DNA from: Paraphysomonas bandaiensis
Taxonomy: Eukaryota; Protista; Chrysophyceae
Direction of reading: 5' to 3'
DNA: 23,744 nt
NCBI GenBank assembly: GCA_965644295.1
Contig: CBFFRP010000299.1
Span: 1 to 23,744, forward strand
The notes under the pieces are model-generated. The model saw only the letters and a list, made by a program, of their open reading frames with translations. It had not been told where the DNA came from and searched no databases. Below, piece after piece: positions 1-12,377 of this stretch. Both the position numbers and the translations under genes were made by a program. Every line of letters begins with the position of its first letter. Position 1 is the first letter of the stretch.

Positions 1-51
1 ACCCTAACCCTAACCCTAACCCTAACCCTAACCCTAACCCTAACCCTAACC
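1..51. repeat. Telomeric repeat tract (CCCTAA)n / TTAGGG, chromosome left end
   Basis: Eight perfect CCCTAA units at 2-49, C-rich strand at the 5' end of the window, as expected for a left telomere. Confidence 0.97.
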
Positions 52-90
52 ACACCTCAAATGGGTAAGGAGCGATCGGGGGACAGCGTA

Positions 91-117
91 TAACCCTAAC
101 CCTAACCCTAACCCTAA
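91..117. repeat. Second, internal telomeric tract TAA(CCCTAA)4
   Basis: Four perfect CCCTAA units at 94-117, separated from the terminal tract by 39 non-telomeric nt. Confidence 0.95.
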
Positions 118-330
118 TCGAATAGTTTACGTTGGGGATATATATTATTACTTTTTGTTATTCATGATAATGTAATATAGAAGCCAATATAGCGCCAAAC
201 ATCGGTATACATAATATATATAGTGATACGAAACAACATCATCACAATACATGATATCCACATGATATTAGTTTTAACTAATATTTCAATAATTGAAACG
301 AAAATATTGGAATTACTTGTATTGTAGTAT

Positions 331-3300
331 CTACAATTCAGTGGTACGTGCACATTTTACAGTGACGGTTTCACTGTAAAATTTTAACAGCAGGCCCTTT
401 CCTTTAAAGGCAGCAATTCCGATTCTCCCGCAGACACCAGCAGCCACCAGCACAAGAGGGTAAACTAAACTGTCTTTAAAGCCCACTTCATCACCAGAAA
501 TATTAAACACCATCATTCCGTGGAAAAGCAATGATATAAATGCCACTACAAACACGCACTCCCTAGGTACACGCCACACGCCACTACAGCGCCTCTCCAG
601 TGAACGCCTATTCGTCGTGCACTGAGTAACAACAAAGCTATCTCCTGAGTTAAAAGCCAAAAGACATCGCCTATGTTGTACTTCTAGATATCTTGCTACC
701 ATAATGCGCCAAAACATTGATTTAGCGGAAATAGCAAACCCTACAAGTACCCCCAGAGGAGGATAGCACCTGCACATAGACATTAAACAAGGAGTAGGTT
801 CAATAATATATACAGAGTTTCATGATCCTAATTGACCTCGTATGCGTCACTTACAAGCCGAAAGTACATAGAACAGCAAGGTTGCTGAATAACACCGCGA
901 GTAGGTGTTCTGGCTTCAAGATATTACTGTTTGTGGGCCTCACTTCCAGCGGCCACACTACCCAGGGCATACGCTTTCTTACCCATACAGGTATGACAGC
1001 AGGGTCAACCTGAGACAGAAGGATATACATGATAGGCCCAACAATAGTAACGTATCCATAAGTATAGAGCAGCACGGGTACGAAGTTTTTAAGTACAGCA
1101 GCGCCGCACATGTAGTTGTATATGACAGGTGGGGCGTAGAGTGAAGAATATGACACAGTGGTGTATATCTCACACCGCAATGACACAAATGATATCCGCT
1201 GACAGTACGTAACATCATAAGATGAAGATATCTCCGATGTGCCAAAAAAGGCGTCGTACATGCACTCCTTGTCTGATACCAGGGTCGCCAGACAAGGAGC
1301 AACCACCGAGTTGAACACAGTTATCACGAGAAGAACCCTCGTCTTCTGAGTGCTAGTGTAGCTCCCTCCAAGATAGCTCATGGTGTGAATTAGACGCGGC
1401 ACCACAAGTTTACTGTAGGATATGCGGAAAAATGCCATGCAAACCTGAGCGAATAGCTGCTGGGTGCTCGACGAGTTGTCTAAGAAGATAATAACGTACA
1501 GTGAGTTCACTGCAATCACAACAGCTGCATTGAGGAGAATCGTCCCATACATTGAAAGATAAGAGACCACCACTGAATATAAGCCATCAACTTTTTCACT
1601 CCTCGAATGTATGTTCTCTGCAGCACTGCTATTGTTGGTATTCGAGGACGTTTTGGCTTGTTGTTTGAGAACAGTGTGTAGAAGTATAACTCTCACAGAA
1701 AGAAAGAAAGCTGCACACAATGCCAGACAAGTATAAAGTACCGCAGGTAATGTTCCTGTCAAAAATGATGAACTTGGAAACCAGGAGTATTGGTGCTGAT
1801 GAGTGCTGAACTGAGACCAACCCTGATCCCGACGTCCAAACAGTTTTAACGAGAGAAATAGACATAAGGAGACAGTACATATCCATAATACAAGAAGTGC
1901 AGCAATATTCTGGATGCCTTCAAGCACCTTCAGAAACATCCGCACCTCAGAATACTGCTGGTGATGTAATAGACTTTTCACATGCATAGGCGGTAACTCG
2001 CCGAGAGATGGGGCCGATGAAGGTGTTGTGGATGTAATACTAGCGGAGTTACTATCGTCTCTTAACCACACGGTTCCTCTGTTGATACTGATATCACTGC
2101 TGTCTCTAGTTTCAGTACAGATTGAGGATGCGGTTTTATGTATGCTCCCCCTCCGGTATATAGGATCGATAGGTTCAGCTCCCGACTTCACCCTTTCCCG
2201 GTATGTCAGTATCACATCACCACTCTCTTCTGGCTCAACAAGTAGCTTCAGCTGTGAAGCTAAGTAGCTCGTCCTTCTTATGCTGCTCGTACGTTGAGGC
2301 ACGGACGACTTCTCGGAACTATTCTCACAGCTTTCACCAAAAACTCGCATCTCCACCCCCTCCGTCTTCTCGTGGATAGGATTATTCGACATAACAGGAA
2401 TCTCTTCGGAAGCTGGTGATATGAAAACCTTGCTAAACAGTCTACTGAAGAGCGACTCGTTACTGGAATTATCACCAGCTCCATTCATGTTGTCATCATT
2501 GGACTCATTCCCCTGTACCACCATGCCTTCTTCCGCTTCAGTAAAATATTCATCGAATTCTCGCCCACTGCGAAATATCTCTTCTACCTCTAACCACAAC
2601 AACACATTTCCCACAAATACTCTCACATTCTGTCTCTCGTGCTTCCCGGCTCCCCAAGATACATAAACCCACCCGCCCACTGCGAGACACAAAGCACAAC
2701 CCAGCATCACACCAGAGGCCATGATAGCATCGTTCAATTGACTAGACGCACAAGCCACTTTGTTCGCTGAGGGATCGCGGGATGGTTTCGGGTGATTGCT
2801 ATCGCAGTTGAACAGATTTCCCTCTAGAACTTCTATTTTGGCTGCTCCATTATTATCATTGATGATTAGCATTGCATGGATATCACTTGCGATGAGAACA
2901 TACCTCTGGCATCTACTTTGTCCAAATGCAACGGCAGCATTCCGGAGAGCCTGTTCACATGCAGCTTTAAGCTGCTATTAATGTGAAAATCGTCCTCTTC
3001 CCATCCGCCGTTGAGCCTGTTGTATGATAGATCCAGGTCACTAAATCGGCTATTGCTGATGATTCCGGCTGGAATAGTTCCAGAAAGCCTGAAGTCATCA
3101 GCTCATCAGTTCGCGTTTTATATAGGAGATATATAGGATACCTATTGTGCGCCAACTCCAGTTCAGTAACAGGTGAGCCTGCTGATAGCGAGGGCGCCAG
3201 GCCCCCACTTAATCCATTGCCGCTCATTTGTACCACCCTCAGGGATGGCAAACGCTTTGTGTCGAACAAACAGGACGGCACACTTCCCTCCATGTAATCG

Positions 3301-5435
3301 AACAGCCGGATGCCCCACCAGTCGCCACTCTTACACCTGTAGGACATATTACATGAAATACCATTACATCTACACATTATTCTCCAGCTGTAGTCATATA
3401 TGCACAGCATATCCACCAGTACTACATGACACTCACTGCTTATTAGTATTTAGGCCGTTCAGAATAAGGGACTCGAGCGTACTCGCTGCACATATACTTT
3501 CCGGTATTCGGCCACGCAAGCAGTTATCGCTACCTACCACCGCTTCAAGTGCAAGACTGCTTGTAAACATCTCATGAGGTAACGGTCCCGTGAAAGTGTT
3601 CCTCGAGAAATCAAGAACCTGTAGCCTCGATGTATTTCTGTTGTTGAAGAGGGCGTGTAGTGTACCATGGAGGTTGTTGTTGTGCAAGAGCACTGTGGTG
3701 AGAGAGGTGAGGGATCCCAGAGAAGTGGGGAGGGTACCAGTAAAGTAGTTGTCGTTCAAGAGAAGCAGATTAAGACCATAGACATCACCATCACGGATAA
3801 CGAGAGATGTTCCCTACGCAACCGGGCTACGTCAGTATGGTAAAAGATAATGTTAGCACATCCCTTACCTCCCTGTCAGTCAGGAGCCCAATCGACTGTG
3901 GAATGGTTCCTGTGAAATGGTTACTAGCTAGGTCTATGGATATGAAAGAGTCATTCGCAGTAAATACGTCAGGGAAGGAGCCCGTCATCATGTTATTCGA
4001 CAGGGATAGCGCCTGAAGAAAGCGGTGCCCTAAAAGTGCTGGGGGAATAGTCCCTACACGCACGAAGTTATACCACCGAACATGCACAAAGTAAAGTATA
4101 AGATACCTGATACGAAGTTCGTAGAGGTGTCAAGCGCAGTTAGTAGGGGTAATTGTACAAGTGATGATGGAAGAGAACCGGAAATCAGGTTACCCCCAAT
4201 ATATAGGTCAGAGAGTTGAACACTGGAAAAGTCGGGCAAGGTGCAGCTCAGGTAATTGTCAGAAAGATAGAAGTTCACCAAGCGTGGTAGTGACACATAG
4301 GAGGAGGGGATGCACCCGGTGAGTCTGTTTGACACTGCACAACATAGTACACGTTACTGAAGGTGTTTAATATAGGCCACATATGAGTGCAAAAGTAAAC
4401 ACACTCATTGTAATGCACAAAAATACTGTGGTTAAAATATCTACTCGTATACACTTTTAATAGATATTCGTCATGGTTCTTACTGAGCACAAGAATCTGG
4501 AGGTTTATTAGATTTCCTATTTCCGGCGGGAGTGATCCTGACAGGCTATTACTGGAGCAGGATAGCGACGACAGGTTCTTCATGTCCCCCAGGGAAGAAG
4601 GAATGATCCCATGCAGTTGGTTAGAGTCGACCCTCAAAATCGTGATATTGGGAAGTGAAGTAGATATGTTACTTGGTATAGTGCCTGTGAACGCATTGCT
4701 ATCCAATGAGAGGCCGCGCAACAGGGGGTATACTCCTGTTGGTAGTTGCCCTGAGAACCTATTATCAGTAAGTATGAGTCGGGTGAGAGTTGAAGGGAAA
4801 TCAGGGAGGGTCCCTGATAAGTGATTGCCCCTCATATTTACGGTAACTGATACTGGTGGCAACGACAACAAACTGCCAGTGAGGTACAGCTCTCGTAGCC
4901 TCAGCTTTGTCAGGAGTAACATGCTGCTCATACATGTGGGAACGGAGCCAGAGTGCATCGTGAACGAAATATCAAGTGCACGAAGAGCAGACAACGAGCA
5001 CAAAGTGGACGGCAAGGTGCCAGTCATTGCCACACGATTTATTTCAAGTCCCTGTAGTCGTGTAAGTGACCCTACTGAGAAAGGCAATGTTCCATGAAGA
5101 TCCTCACTGAGAGATAAGAGAAAAGTTGTAAGAGAAGTGAGATTGCCTATCGCATCGGGTAGAGTGCCGTGCATATCTAAATCAAGTAAGGCCAAGCCGG
5201 AGATAGTGGATCTGTCTAGTTCACATTCCACACCATACCAGTTATCAACGCAAGGGTCAGAAGGGGAATCGAAGTTCCACGGGTTTCCATTACCAAAAAG
5301 AGGGTAATCCCATGTACTTCCGCCAGTGGAATCATATAATGACTTGAGTACGTTTCTATCTTCGACGGATACAGCCGCTCGGCAGTGATACACATATGCA
5401 AAACATAATGACCATACTAAATACAATGAACTCAT
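331..5435 (-). CDS. Cell-surface LRR receptor-like protein with multi-pass (~11 TM) C-terminal domain, ~1515 aa, 8 exons
   Basis: Exons (minus) 5435-4484, 4334-4107, 4053-3869, 3813-3437, 3336-3142, 3088-2904, 2841-855, 769-331 total 4548 nt, with all introns GT..AG. N-terminal signal peptide (MSSLYLVWSLCFAYVYHCRA), LRRNT cap (DRNVLKSLYDSTGG..W..W..DPC..WYGVEC), many plant-type 24-aa LRRs (LxxLxLxxNxLxGxIP), GNLFNC cap, one TM, a long Ser/Glu-rich loop, then about ten hydrophobic segments. Confidence 0.88.
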
Positions 5436-5840
5436 CCCACTCTGAAATACTGACTAATACTGACGCCTATATCTATCTTTCTATTCCCTCCACTTGCATC
5501 AAAAGACAACTTCCAGATCCATGATGAGGCTGATGCTAGTCGGCACAAGTCTATCTTGCAAATACACGCACACTTCTCCTCAAATGAGAATACAGCACAG
5601 TATACCTACTGGTATACTTTTTTGTTGAAGTCCTGGAGTGGAGTGCAGAGTGGTGACGAGATGGAATGAGAAGCCCAACGTCACGACATCCAGACACACA
5701 CAAGACGTACGGAGTGAAAACACCTGCAACTTCATCACAACAATCAACGGCGGCAGCTAACTCACAAGTGTGACCAATTCCCTGTCCTGGTTTTCTCTGT
5801 ACCTGCGGTAGAAGGTAACTTGAATTGTAATATTGTAACA

Positions 5841-7149
5841 ATGGGTAAGGGCGGTGAACGAGAAGTTGATCTCGATAAAAAATTGGAGGTCAGCATACGA
5901 TCAGTGCATTGAATTTGTTTATTGTTCACGCTCTTTCTTTCAGGTTCTTATTGATGGTCGTTACTATGACGTAACGAATTTGAAGCACCCTGGTGGATCA
6001 GTAATTAAGTTTTATGCTGGAAAGGGCATTGATGCATCTGAAGCTTTTGCAAACTTTCATGTACGGTCAAAAAAAGCCCAAAAGTACATGGCTGCGTTAC
6101 CCTCTAGAGAGGCTAACATGAAAGAAGAAAGGGCTAAACATCTTCCAGGCCAAGAGGCTTTGCTGAAAGACTTTGCCAAATTGACGAATGATCTCAAGGC
6201 GGAGGGTTTTTTTGACCCCAATCCTATGCATGCTTTGTACCGCGTTTTTGAAATCGTGGCCATGCATGCCATTGGCGCATACCTGTTACTCAATGGACAT
6301 TACTATGTGGGTGTCACAGTTCTCGGTATAGTGTCTGGTCGGTGTGGTTGGCTGATGCATGAGTGTGGTCACTATTCGTTAACTGGAAATATCCCACTCG
6401 ACAGGCAATTACAGGTGTGGCTCTACGGTGTCGGTTGCGGTATGAGCGCATCTTGGTGGAGGTCCCAGCATAATAAGCACCATTCCATGCCACAAAAAAT
6501 TTCCCATGATGTGGACCTGAACACTCTTCCATTGGTAGCATTTACTGACAAAGTGGTAAAGAAAGCAGGGAAAGCGATGAAGTCGTGGTTGTCATTGCAA
6601 GCCACTGCTTTCCCCCTCATCACCTGCCTGCTGGTAGCCCTGGGTTGGCAGCTATATTTACACCCAAGACATATCGTTCGTACCCGACAGGTCTCTGAAG
6701 GTCTTGCGTTACTTACGAGGGCTGGAATATTCTGGGGTCTTGTTGTTCCATATTTTGGCATCTGGGGTGGTGTCAAGCTTTATCTGCTATACAACTGGAT
6801 AGCCGCTGATTATATTTTCATTAACTTCGCAGTGAGTCATACTCATCTTCCAACGGTTCCGAAGGAAGACACTCAGGTAGATTGGGTCAGGTACGCCGCC
6901 GTTCATACGATGAATGTAGCTTCCGGACCGCTTGGGTGGGTGGACTGGTGGATGTCCTACCTCAACTTTCAGATAGAACATCACCTTTTCCCATCAATGC
7001 CACAGTACAGACACCCTATTATCAGTCCCAGAGTGAGAGCTCTGTTTGAAAAGCATGGTCTCGTCTATGACCAGCGCTCGTACACAGAGGCTATGATGGT
7101 CACATTTAAAAATCTCCACAAAGTGGGCTCTGACGTGTTCTACGGATAG
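5841..7149 (+). CDS. Front-end fatty-acid desaturase with cytochrome b5 fusion (Delta5/Delta6-like), 417 aa, 2 exons
   Basis: Exons 5841-5888 and 5944-7149 (55-nt GT..AG intron) give MGKGGEREVDLDKKLE|VLIDGRYYDVTNLKHPGG. HPGG heme motif and His boxes HECGH, HNKHH and QIEHH are present; Q in the third box marks the front-end class. Confidence 0.95.
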
Positions 7150-7544
7150 TGTAGGGACAGCCTAGGGGACACTGCGGTGGCTATACGAGAAGTAAAACTC
7201 TTATTGTTATCTTTCACTTGCACTTAGTTAAATTTAAGTTTATACTTCTCAGCTATGTTTGGAGACTGTCTTGTTCATGTGCAGTGCGGCTACCTTCGTG
7301 TGATATTAGATATTAGTAATGAATTATAAATCTCTTGATTTTATGTCGTTTACCAGGCTCGCACAACACTTAATTGGGTTACAAATTAAATTAATAGGCT
7401 TCAAACGTGATGATTTCAATTATTACTATATTATTATTATTTTCTTCTAAAGTAGCTCTCAATATATTGTAATCAATGTTATAATAGTCATATAAGAAAA
7501 GGTTCTCAACTGTAGGGTGCAAAATGGATATAAATAACCGGGAA

Positions 7545-7700
7545 TTTTTTTGGTATTATTTTCTATATTTTATGTATCGCCAGCTCAAACAGTACTCTAC
7601 ACAACATGTATGTACAGTCTCTAAGTATAACATAATATATATTCATACTGATAAAAAATAAGATGAATGCATACAAGAGTAGAGACATTTACCGCTTTTG
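7545..7700 (+). repeat. Dispersed repeat family A, copy 1
   Basis: ATTTTCTATATTTTATGTATCGCCAGCTCA...AACATAATAT...AGATGAATGCATACAAGAGTAGAGACATTTACCGCT aligns collinearly with 9270-9460. Confidence 0.7.
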
Positions 7701-7865
7701 AATATGAAGGCGAAACAAACAAGACCTGAGAAAGTTTGAAGGAGTTTCCAAGCTGCTTCAAACAGGAGGATCAAGTCAAGTGAATCTTTATGAATGCCGG
7801 AACATTTTTGATGCCTTTTTGATGGACTTCGGGGCAAGGTAACCCTATAGTGCTATCTATAATAA

Positions 7866-8199
7866 TTACAAGCGATAATCAACGGAACTTCTGGTACGTT
7901 TACCAGTAATAATAGAAGCAGAATAAACTGGACCTGCGTCTACCCACTCCTTAGTGGGTTCCTGAATATAACTCCACCCCGAAATATTGTCTCTTTTACT
8001 GGAGGGGATATTATGAGACTTATTCTGGTGGGCAACATTCAATATTAGGCACAGTACACAAACAAGCATATATATAAAGTATACCAGATGCAAGCGAAAA
8101 GTATTTGGAGCTCACTGAGACTTACCACATCTCTTCTTGCTTTTGTAAACAAGATGATAGGTTCCATCATCATTGACAGCATGGATAATACCACGCATC
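7866..8199 (-). pseudogene. Possible pseudogene fragment with a Tudor/Agenet-like exon
   Basis: 74-nt segment 8199-8126, bounded by TAG acceptor and GTAAGT donor, encodes RGIIHAVNDDGTYHLVY (Tudor-like VNxDGTYxxxY). Downstream ORF ends KRTRSSVDYRL. The frames do not join cleanly. Confidence 0.35.
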
Positions 8200-8413
8200 C
8201 TAGTGACAGTAACCCTAATCGACTATAGTTATTTTAATAACTATGATGCCTACTATTAAACGCACCGAAATCTGCTTGTGCGTCACCACAAGCACCAAGG
8301 TGCAACCACTTTTGCTATATCGCTCAAAGAAAACGCAGTGAGCAAACAGAATATTGATATACCTGATATCTGATGACTTCAGGATTTTGAGTCCTTAAGG
8401 TGAAGCCCAGATG

Positions 8414-8678
8414 CTTGACATCAGCAGCAGGCAGCCCAATACCCTAAATGCTCTTGCGGTCTTGAGGTGGGCTCATTCCCGGATGTTTGACTTTATTAGC
8501 AGACAGCCCAAAGACGTCTACATATGTATGTGACACTAATTAGTGCCCCTTGTACCACACAAGCATGAGTGGGTAGAAAAATATCTGCTGTCAATATATT
8601 CGGCTCACGTTTGTTTCCCGGAGTGATATCTCCGGTACTTATTCCCGAGAGCACTACGAAAATGTGTGAGTCCGACTT
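8414..8678 (+). repeat. Dispersed repeat family B, copy 1 (decayed, probably once coding)
   Basis: Aligns along its length with the reverse complement of 13974-14227 and with 13839-13978. One frame reads HEWVEKYLLSIYSAHVCFPE*YLRYLFP. Confidence 0.85.
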
Positions 8679-9099
8679 TGTTAAAAGAAGATGATGACAG
8701 TGAGAGTCTACTTCAGGCTGATAACCCAGCGCAGTGTTTGATTGATGGTAAGGTGGTAGCAGACAGCAGAAGTCTTAACAAGCAAACTTCATACATCAAA
8801 TGTTAGCAGCTATATACGTACGTAGATTAGTATTGATTAATTGGGACAGCAAGTAATAATTGCAAATAAAATTGACTTCAACCTTCGTCAATTAATTGAC
8901 TATTCATTTATTCGCAACACTGATACAGGGGCAAAGTACATCTAGAACAGCACATGATAATCATATTATAATCAAGAACTCTCTAGAACAGTTTGGTAGC
9001 TGGATATGTCGTATGAAATGACAGTGCACGATAACGTCATTATTTGAACGCATCTGCAATACAGAATACAAAACTATACAAAAATATGCTATGGGGACA

Positions 9100-9197
9100 C
9101 TACCGACATTGATGCAATCATTACTCATTACATACATATCCGCTAACTACCGACATTGATGCAATATCAATCATTACTCATTACATACATACGCTAA
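9100..9197 (+). repeat. Tandem duplication, two ~47-51 bp units
   Basis: CTACCGACATTGATGCAAT(ATCAAT)CATTACTCATTACATACATA(TC)CGCTAA at 9100-9146 and 9147-9197. Confidence 0.9.
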
Positions 9198-9269
9198 GGT
9201 TGTACAGCAAAATATAAGCCCATCTACTGTATGTACTGTAAATATAGTAAAAACGAAGGAAAGTCGTTT

Positions 9270-9460
9270 TTTTTATGATACCATTTTCTATTTTTATGTA
9301 TTGCTCGCTCATCCTTCTTATAAGATTTCCTTTTTTAATATTGGAGGTTTGTCTGACTAGTACTGTTGTACAGGTTACTCCCGTCCCTCAACATAATATC
9401 CAGATATATCACACTGCCTGATAGATGAATGTATACAAAAGTAGAGGTATTTACAGCTAC
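9270..9460 (+). repeat. Dispersed repeat family A, copy 2
   Basis: ATTTTCTATTTTTATGTATTGCTCGCTCA...AACATAATAT...AGATGAATGTATACAAAAGTAGAGGTATTTACAGCT matches 7545-7700. Confidence 0.7.
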
Positions 9461-9674
9461 ATTAGCAGTCCGGTTTAGGCTGAATCAAGCAAGCACGAGC
9501 CCAAGGTCTGTGGACGCAGGCGACTGCTGTCGCTGAACTCATCGGGTAGCAAGTGTTTCACGAAAAATTCAATTATTATAATCAGCCCTTTGACTCTCCC
9601 ACATATATACTGAGAGAACTCAATTGACTACCTACTACGTGCGGACTACACATATGCGACCAAACGTGTTTCTG

Positions 9675-10289
9675 CTAAAGAGTGACTCCCATGCCGCGGG
9701 ATAACTCCTGGAGGGCAGTCAGTTGAATAAAGGCTTCGGCTTTCTCCTCAGGTACATTGGTGGACGCAAATGCCTTAGAAGCTGCCGCGAATTCTTTTTT
9801 CATAGCGTCCACATCAAAGTCATCAATAGGGAAAGCCTCTGGGCAGGCAACATCCTGCAAAGCAATTATTAGATATAACAACGCACAGAAAACAGCAAAA
9901 TCGGTACTACAATGCAAAAAGTATACAAAATCTTCACAGCAATACCGTGGTAGAGTCTTCGCGGGAAAAAGCAAACCCTCCGGAGACGAAAAACTTTTCC
10001 TGTTCCCCCTATGAAATAAATAACCGCTGAGAAAACACACAAAAATAAAATTACTTACACCAACGTGATATATTGTGACAGTACCCGCCTTAAGCTGCCC
10101 AATAACAGGGGTTTTGTTAGCTAATACGCCATAGTACCCGTCTTCACCGGGTAAGCTGATACCAGATACAACTTTATCCGTATAGATAGGGTTGTGGGGG
10201 GTGCCGAATGTCAAACGCAGTTCCGGAGCTCCCGCAGCAGCTGCTGTGGCAAAATTACGTCTTCCAATATTAAGGGCGGTGCGAATCAT
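9675..10289 (-). CDS. ATP16: Mitochondrial F1 ATP synthase subunit delta (bacterial epsilon homologue), 157 aa, 3 exons
   Basis: Exons 10289-10059, 10008-9946, 9854-9675 (introns 50 and 91 nt). Presequence MIRTALNIGRRNFATAAAA, then LRLTFGTPH..LPGEDGYYGVLAN.TPVIGQLKAG..EKFFVSGGFAF..EAFPIDDFD..EKAEAFIQL. Confidence 0.93.
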   Translation of the reverse strand: MIRTALNIGRRNFATAAAAGAPELRLTFGTPHNPIYTDKVVSGISLPGEDGYYGVLANKTPVIGQLKAGTVTIYHVGVSNFIFVCFLSGYLFHRGNRKSFSSPEGLLFPAKTLPRYCCEDFVYFLHCSTDFAVFCALLYLIIALQDVACPEAFPIDDFDVDAMKKEFAAASKAFASTNVPEEKAEAFIQLTALQELSRGMGVTL

Positions 10290-10682
10290 TATAGATATAA
10301 AAATACACTGGTCCAATGGCGTAAAGCAAGGTGATATTCTCGTCAACCAGCAAGCTCTTCTATCCACAGTTTGCGTCAATGTATTACGTATGTGTACAGC
10401 AGTGTGTACACAGTACAAAATAGCTAATAAAATTGGTGTGGGCTATTCTGGAATTTGTCGTTTTTGATGTAGAAAAACGAGTAAAATGCCGTAAAAACTG
10501 GAATTGGGTCTACCTGACAAGTCCGAGATAAAGGGAGAACTGAAAATAAATCACCTCCTGAAGATACGATTAACCACACTAAAATGGAAGTGTGTGATTT
10601 GTGCTGCAGCAATCTCTCCACTGAGCTCCTGATGCTTCACAGCTGCATGCCAACTATCGCCATACAGTCAGTACTAGCAACT
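10290..10682. promoter_or_regulatory. Putative bidirectional promoter shared by the ATP synthase delta and beta genes
   Basis: 393 bp between divergent ATGs. Contains TGTGTACA twice (10391-10398, 10403-10410), the second within the palindrome TGTGTACACA. Confidence 0.6.

Positions 10683-12377
<1,695 letters not shown>

Noticed and set aside
60-70. AATGGGTAAGG in the telomere insert is identical to the desaturase start (5840-5850)
   Set aside because: Only 11 nt with no flanking similarity; compatible with chance
1-117. Repeat-spacer-repeat layout resembling a CRISPR array
   Set aside because: The repeats are 6-mer telomere units in a eukaryotic, intron-containing context, with no cas genes
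2842-2847. NAGNAG acceptor in the LRR-TM gene
   Set aside because: Changes only one Ala and is a common feature; the exon 7 start is uncertain by 3 nt
5551-5841. 96-aa minus-strand ORF between the LRR-TM and desaturase genes
   Set aside because: Non-ATG start, no recognisable motif, and it lies in a divergent promoter/UTR region
8850-8965. Weak similarity to 12590-12800 (TTGCAA, CGTCAAT, CACATGATAATCA)
   Set aside because: Short AT-rich matches that I cannot align convincingly by eye
10290-10418. N-terminal extension of the 247-aa ORF 9675-10418
   Set aside because: Artefact of reading through UTR and introns; the spliced model from ATG 10289 gives a normal delta subunit
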